Shown piece after piece: positions 55,894-64,000 of a DNA stretch of 64,000 nt. The stretch comes from Octopus vulgaris. Its lineage: Eukaryota. Position 1 is the stretch's first letter. Each line of letters begins with the position of its first letter. Under the pieces are notes generated by a model. It was given only the letters and a program-made list of their open reading frames with translations. It had not been told where the DNA came from and made no database searches. The stretch is from positions 49,042,001-49,106,000 of the forward strand of contig OX597836.1 in the NCBI GenBank assembly GCA_951406725.2, read 5' to 3'. The position numbers and the translations under genes are program-made.

Positions 55894-55969
<76 letters not shown>

Positions 55970-56491
55970 GTATATAGCTATGTATAGCTGAGTAAGCCGG
56001 TTATAGATGCAACTTCGAAGTCCCAATCAACTGCATATTATCAATAAATTTTACTCTACTAAACGTATTGAGTCCTACCATCACCATTGTTTTCTACAGG
56101 TTGACCAGCGACACCAAATAATACACACACACACACACACACACATCTCTCTCTATATTTATATGTGTGTGCATGTGTGTGTGTGTGTGTGTGTGGTAAA
56201 GGCACGCACACACTTTTATAGTACATATACCTGCTCACACACACGCACACACACCGTTGTATATATGCTCACATGCATATTCTGTTCATGCCGTAGCTAT
56301 TACGCCACACACACACACACACGCACGCACGCGCGCACATTTATTCTCTCTCTCTCTCTCTTCCTCACTTACATGCACACTTCTTCCGTTCCCCCCCTCT
56401 CTCTCTCTCTCCCTCTTTCACACCTCAATACATGCATCCTACCACGTAACAGCAGCAGGCCTACACTCGCATTCTCTTCACCTAACTCCCC

Positions 56492-56525
<34 letters not shown>

Positions 56526-56536
56526 CGTGCCATTCA

Positions 56537-56583
<47 letters not shown>

Positions 56584-56859
56584 GACACAGTTGAATGTTG
56601 AAGAGTCACATAGAGGGAGCCTCTCTCACACTTGCACACATACGCAAGCACCGAGCCACACTTACGCCCCAACACCGCCCCCACCGCCGCCGCCGCCGCC
56701 ACCACCACCACCACCACCACCACCACCACCACCACCAACCGCGTACTCTCAAACTCTCAATCACACGGGCACACGTTACCTCCACACACACACACACATT
56801 CAAATAGAGAGAGAGAGAGAGAGAAACCCCTTGTTTCTCCTCCTCCTCCTCCTCCTGCT

Positions 56860-57187
56860 CGGCCGTTTTTTCAGCGTACGTAATCCCAAGAAGTGATGCG
56901 GTGCACATGAAGAATACGCGTGGCTGTGTGTGGCGGCGACTCGATTCGGTGTTGGCAGCAAAGTTGTGTTAACAGGACAGCCGCAAACCGACCCGGTTTG
57001 ATCTCTATTTACAGCCTCCGGATAAAAAAGATACCTGGAAAACATCATCTGAACGAAATCCTTCTTCATTAGCACACACACACACACACAAACACACACA
57101 AACACATACACTTATATCATACATACGTACACACACACACACACACGCATATCTATAATCCTTACTCAATCTGTCTCGACGCTAAAG
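56860..57187 (+). other. Candidate promoter/non-coding first exon of an unidentified host transcript
   Basis: CpG-rich unique island after CT-rich tracts, ending at a strong donor AAG|GTAAGA at 57187/57188. Confidence 0.3.
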
Positions 57188-57454
57188 GTAAGAGAACCTT
57201 GTTTATTTTCTTACGTTTATTTACCTTTAACTTATGTTTACCGACGAAGCGTGTCTTCCACCGATGTTATTGCGATTGAAACCATTGTTATTATTATTAT
57301 TATTTGAAACTGTTGTTGTTATTATTATTATTATTAATATTGTGGCTGTTATTAGCATTCGTGTTATAACTGCTTATTCTTCTTGTTCTTCGTAATGTCA
57401 TTGTTATATTACACGCTTCCTGACGATCACTCGCTACGGAATTATACATGTATG

Positions 57455-57501
<47 letters not shown>

Positions 57502-57739
57502 CATAGATATAGAAATACGTAATAACACACACGTGTGTTTGTGTATATATATAAATCTCTCTTTCTTTCTCTCTCTCTGTCTCTCTCTGTTTCTTTCTCT
57601 CTCTCTGTCTCTCTCTCTCTCTCTATATATATATATTATATATATATATGCACATCACATATGTATTTCTGTGTGTGTGCATGTGTTATGTGCGCGCGTC
57701 TGTTATGATATACACATGTATGCATGCATATGTATGCAT

Positions 57740-57799
<60 letters not shown>

Positions 57800-57926
57800 T
57801 TTTACTGTACATGTGTGTGCATGTTGATGTGTGTATGCGTGTGTGATTGTGAGTGGTAACTTCCCTCTCACATATTTCCTTTCTCTCTCTCCCCCTCTCT
57901 TACATAAACAGCATGTACATATGAGC

Positions 57927-57959
<33 letters not shown>

Positions 57960-57971
57960 AGAAGAAGAAGA

Positions 57972-58034
<63 letters not shown>

Positions 58035-58109
58035 GTTTTCTGTTTCTTTTACAAACACGGAAATACAGTGATATAATATAAACACACATTATGACTGAAT
58101 CTGTTGTGG

Positions 58110-58310
58110 CGGCGGTAGCAGTGGTGGTGGCGGTGGTGGTGGTGGTGTTGGTAGTGGCGGTGGTGGTGGTGGTGGTGGTGGTAGTGCTTGTGGCGGAGGC
58201 GGTGGTGGTGGTGGCGGTGGTGGTGGTGTTGGTAAGGGTGGCGGCGACGGTGGTGGTGGTGGTGGTGGTAAGGGTGGCGGCGGTGGTGCTGCTTATGCTG
58301 GAGGTGGAGG
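58110..58310. repeat. (GGT/GGC)n trinucleotide tract
   Basis: Direct reading; similar (CCA/CCG)n tracts at 56670-56740 and 62160-62600. Confidence 0.9.
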
Positions 58311-58458
58311 AAATAATATTATGGCACTTGTAGTTGAATTTTAGGCCTAGCTCACCTCTCCCTAGCACACATATCAAAGATTTTCCGGCCATGACCATCA
58401 CGTCATATATTTGCATGTGACTGTGTACACCCCAACACATGTATATATATACACACAC

Positions 58459-58538
<80 letters not shown>

Positions 58539-58643
58539 TATTATATATATATATACATATATATATATAATATGAATTAGAGATAAAACCACTATTCGGC
58601 AACTCAAGCTATACTCCCAAATATTATTATGATATATATATAT

Positions 58644-58699
<56 letters not shown>

Positions 58700-59398
58700 A
58701 TATACATACACGTATAAATATATCTACATATACTACATATAAATATATATCTACACACACACACTCATGCAGAACATCTGGTCGTTGTTGCTATTGTAGT
58801 TTAGCCCTAGGCCAGTCGGCACAGCAGTAATAGATGTAGGGTCTATGAGAAGGGGCTTGGCCTCTTCTCAGCGAGGGACATGAAGAGTGGCACTGGGTCC
58901 GTCTCTTAAAATGGAATGAAATAAAAGAAAAAACAAGGTTCTGCCCGTTTGAATTTTGTCGAGTCCATCCCCACCCTAGGGGCCTTGACAAATTCTCCTT
59001 GGACATCCTATGTCATGTGTGTCAGAATGTACGAGGCCCCCAAACTTTTTTGGGATATTAAATTCCGATATGACCAGAATTGACAGCATCTGAAGAGAAT
59101 TTGGAGAAAATTTCAGTAAAGTACAACTTTCTGAAAGTTATGAGGAAACAAACCCGATTTCTATGAATTTTCCGGAATTCCTTTCCCAAACCTCGGAATT
59201 ATTTTTCTTTTCTTTTTTTTTTTTCACATCAAATTCCGATATAGTCGGAATGTACACCATCTGAGGTGTGTTTGTAGAAGACTTCATTAAAAATATCCAT
59301 TTTTCTGGAATTTATGAGGCAACAAAATCGCGGAGGGGAAACCATTCTATAGGTATGCCATGAATATATATACACACACACTAACATACACACATACA

Positions 59399-59431
<33 letters not shown>

Positions 59432-59445
59432 TCAGCATATATATC

Positions 59446-59495
<50 letters not shown>

Positions 59496-59675
59496 ATGTG
59501 TATACATTCTTTCACTTGTTTCAGTCAATTGACTGTGGCCATGCTGGGGCACTGCCTTTAGTCGAGCAAATTGACACTAGGACTTATTCTTTGTAAGCCT
59601 AGTACTTATTCTATCGGTCTATTTTGCCGAACGGCTAAGTTATATATATGTAAACTGTCTATTTGTGACGCAGTC

Positions 59676-59723
<48 letters not shown>

Positions 59724-60090
59724 CGTTTTTGGTACCACGAGGCTTCAGTTTCAGTGCCACTGCGTGGCACCTTGGACAAGTGCCTTCTATTGCAGCCTCC
59801 AGACCGACCAAAGCCATGTGAATGGATTTAGTATGAGAGAAACTGTGTGGAAGCCTACCGTATAAAATGTGTGTGTATGTATTTGAGTTTGTTCCCGCAG
59901 TACCGGTGTTGGTTTGTTCACTTCCCCCATAACGCAGCGAGTCGGCACAAGGGACCGACTAGATATATACCAAACTTTGAAAGAAAAAATTAGTACAGTA
60001 CTGGGGTCGATTTCATCGACTAAAGGCCTTCAGTGCTGGACCCCAGCATGGCCGCGGCCGATTGTCTCAAACCCGTATAAAAGATAAATG

Positions 60091-60122
<32 letters not shown>

Positions 60123-60583
60123 TCGTGTACAAAAGTGCTTGTGATTTAGAGAGAAGGCCAACAATAGGGTGGGGGGGGGGGGGGCTAATCGAGCACATGG
60201 ACCCTAATATTTCACTGGTACTTTAGTCATTTATTTACCTTTACGACCGTCTCCCTCACCTCGCTCCCGAAGAGATAGAAGGATAAAGTTGACCTCAACC
60301 GGATTTGAATTCCGGAAAATTCACACGTCGCTTTTGTTTCCTCATAACTTTCAGAGAAATGCATATTTTCTCCAAATGCCCATCACATTGTGGGGATTGT
60401 TTCGGGATTATACATGACCCCCAAGAAATGCAGTGAGGCATTTTCTACCCCTTACCCCACCAACTATCACCGCCACCGATGCTCTAATCCAGCGTGTATA
60501 TAATTATATTGAAACGTGTATGTATATATGCAATAGTATTGGAATGTATAGCAATGTTGATGCATTACGTAAAGTACATCGTC

Positions 60584-60636
<53 letters not shown>

Positions 60637-60803
60637 ACTACCACCGCCGCCGCCACCACCATTTCTACTCCATGTTTCTTCCCGTTGTCTATCGATTTCG
60701 CCAGTTGATTCTTCGTTATTTTTACTTCAGTTCTCTCTTGTTTACAAAAATATGGAACAAAAATGAAAATCTCGTCCATTACATATTAACTGGTCACCTA
60801 CGT

Positions 60804-60860
<57 letters not shown>

Positions 60861-60885
60861 TATACATATATATACATATATATAC

Positions 60886-60942
<57 letters not shown>

Positions 60943-61387
60943 CTCTATATACATACATATATATATATATAATGAAAGTGTTGTATACAGTGCTCAGGTG
61001 TACTACATCAAAAATAAAAAAAATGTATATATATTATATATATACGTATATATATAAATGCATATATATATACTTATATATATATATATGCATATATGTA
61101 TGTATTTATATATATGTATATATATATACATACATATATACGACAGGCTTCTTTCAGTTTCCGTCTACCAAATCCACTCACAAGGCATTGGTCGGCCCGG
61201 GGCTATAGCAGAAGACATTTGCCCAAGATGCCACGCAGTGGGACTGAACCCGGAACCATGTGGTTGGTTAGCAAGCTACTTACCACACAGCCACTCCTGC
61301 GCCTATATATATATATACCACACAGCCACTCCTGCGTATATATATATATATATATACGTATATATATACATATACATATATATATAC

Positions 61388-61515
<128 letters not shown>

Positions 61516-62794
61516 GTATATATGTATGTATGTATATATACATACATACACACCAGATCTACGTTGTGTTATTATTATACACACTGAATTCGATTATGTG
61601 TGTGTGTGTGTGTGTGTTGTCTTCTATTGTTAATGATTCGAGTTCTTCCTGTGGCGGAAGGAATTTTGGTTTGTCAGACGTGAAACGCCATCGTTTGGAA
61701 TGAAGGAGAGAAAGAAAGGAAGAAAAAACATAACAAAACAATAGACCCAACAGACTAAAGTATGTCAACGACAACAACAACAGCAACAACAATAGCAGTA
61801 AGCACCACTATAACGACTGCAACCGTTACAAGTAGACCAAGGACAATCATGAACGAACGAGCAAGCCTCTACTAGGTCAACCAGCTTGCTAGAAATAGCA
61901 ACCAAATCACCTCATCTTTACCTACCGTCTTAAATAAAGTGTACATTCGATGGTGTAGTCCAAGATACATTTACTGTATTTTAACCGTTACGCCGCCCTC
62001 TTCGGTCATTGGATTGTGGCCATGCTGGGGCACCGTGTTCCAGGGATGTGAGGGGAATGATAAGTGCTGCAAGGAGTCGGTTATATAATATCCATTCGTC
62101 AAGCATCACCATGATTGGGGGGGGGGGGGGGGGATTGTAGGGATTAGATTGGGAAAGAAAGGGAGTCATCACCACCACCTCCACCACCGCCATCATCATC
62201 ATCATTGACAGAAGCCTTCATCACCGCCACCGTTAGATAATCATCAACAGTGTCCTTCATCACCACCGCCACCGCCACCACCATCATTACCATTAGTCTT
62301 CATCTTCTCTCTCTACCTCCACCTCCACCTCCTCCACCTCCTCTTCGTTGTTGTCATCATCATCATCAGCGTCAGCATCATCGTCAAATCACGTCACACA
62401 CCACCGCCGCCACCGCCACCGCCGCCACCACCAGCGCCTCTCTGCTCCCCGTCACTGCTGCCCCCGTCACTCTTGTCATAATTATTCTCAACAGCGCCGC
62501 CGCCGCCGCCGCCGTCACAGCCACCACATTATCACCACCACCACCACCACCACAACCACCACAGCTGTGTCCACCACCACCACCACCCATGCTACCGCCA
62601 ACACTGCAAACATCAAAGTGATTTCCCAGCAAATTTAAGAGCTGCGATCTGAGATCAAAGATTATGTCACCGGCCAACCAGCCAACCAGCCAACCGACCG
62701 ATCGACCATCCGCCACCCGTTTTCCACCCGGCTTCCACCATCGCATATTTCTTGTTTTATGTAATCTAGTACACGAGGAAATACCTCTGTCATT

Positions 62795-62852
<58 letters not shown>

Positions 62853-62989
62853 TCTGATCAGGCGAGAGTTAAACGCAATTTGCTCGAACGGCTAACAATT
62901 TCCTTCACACTCATGAGATCCCGGTTTCGAGTCCGTTCCTTGCTAATTTCATCAAATGGATCTTTTTCGCCTTCCCGCCTCCTCCTTCC

Positions 62990-63030
<41 letters not shown>

Positions 63031-64000
63031 TTTCTTTTACAATTCTTTCCTTATCTTCTTTCCTCCTGGAGGGAAATTCGGTGTAGTTATGGGGAGGGGA
63101 GGGGTAGTCTGATTACACAATATCACAAATAACAACAATCAACTCCTTGTAACGGGATCTCGGTCGGTTTCGACGATGATCATTCAGTTATTGAACTAAC
63201 TTAAACGAAATACGTTTACTTTTCTCTAACAAAGAATTCCCCCAACCAGAATTCCACGAACCCTAAATTTTCGTGAGAGGTCGCTAGTGGTTCCGTGTGT
63301 TGCCAGAAACAGCCAAAAATACCTGCCACTGTAGGTTCAGCTCAATGGTTCTCAAATGGAGTCCACCAAGGCCTTTGAGGGTCCGTATACGATTTTGTTG
63401 TTAAAATTTATGTGTAATAAACTTCTACAAACACAAAATACTTAAACAGTTTTTTCCCCCATCCTTTCGGGGTCGGTAAAATAAATAGCAGTTGGGCACT
63501 GGGGTTGATGTAAGACGCCCAGCTCCTCTAAAATTACTCCCGTTCTGTCAAAATTAAAAACAATTGTATCCAAACGATAGTTTCGTAATTTGGTGATCGA
63601 AAGTTCGAAATGATAATGAAGATAAAAACTAGAAAAGTAATCGACTGCTTAATTGGTCGTTCGATCCGACAATCAGTGAATTGGTTTGTCAGACTTGCTT
63701 GGAGACAACTGAAAGGACATACCTGGGGTACCGAGGTTACGTCATTGATAAGTGGGGTACCGAGGGCACGTCTCAAAGGACAGAGAGAAAAAGACTCGGA
63801 CAAACTGATCGATTGAGTGGTCGATTGACTGGTTAATCAATCAACCGGCCACTTAACTGGTTCGATGGTTAATTAGTTTAACCAGTTTTAATTAAGAGAA
63901 ATGAAATAGAATCAACCCGTATGCTTTTTGTGGGCAAAATGGTTCTTCCGGCAAACGGCATCTGTTTCAACACCTTACATCAAGACTCGAAAAGAAATAC

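Noticed and set aside
62615-62675. bantam-like miRNA (TGAGATCA)
   Set aside because: The 3' part does not match and there is no proper precursor stem; ATCAAAG TCF-like sites are an equally good explanation.

Overview
Eukaryotic, AT-rich, microsatellite-saturated DNA. The SINE families match those I recognise from octopus genomes, so a coleoid cephalopod origin is inferred but not proven. No host protein-coding gene can be identified, and almost all listed ORFs are translations of simple repeats. The window is a mosaic of mobile elements: Penelope-like retroelements (PLEs; RT + GIY-YIG), LINE fragments (RTE, CR1/L2, R4/Dong, and a young Tx1-type copy), two mariners, a Tc1 relic, nested Helitrons, a hAT MITE and many tRNA-derived SINEs. 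The main hidden signal is a set of about 12 hammerhead ribozyme (HHR) motifs, mostly the minimal type with a palindromic helix III. They sit in PLE terminal repeats and in short non-coding elements (about 150-300 bp) inserted in (TA)n tracts. They include recurrent catalytic-core variants (a compensatory G3-C8 swap, U4C, A6U) and one tRNA-like promoter + HHR module. Two unrelated long imperfect hairpins (260 and about 350 nt) and a few candidate regulatory or non-coding-exon islands are also present. All structures were read by eye; no searches or folding programs were run.
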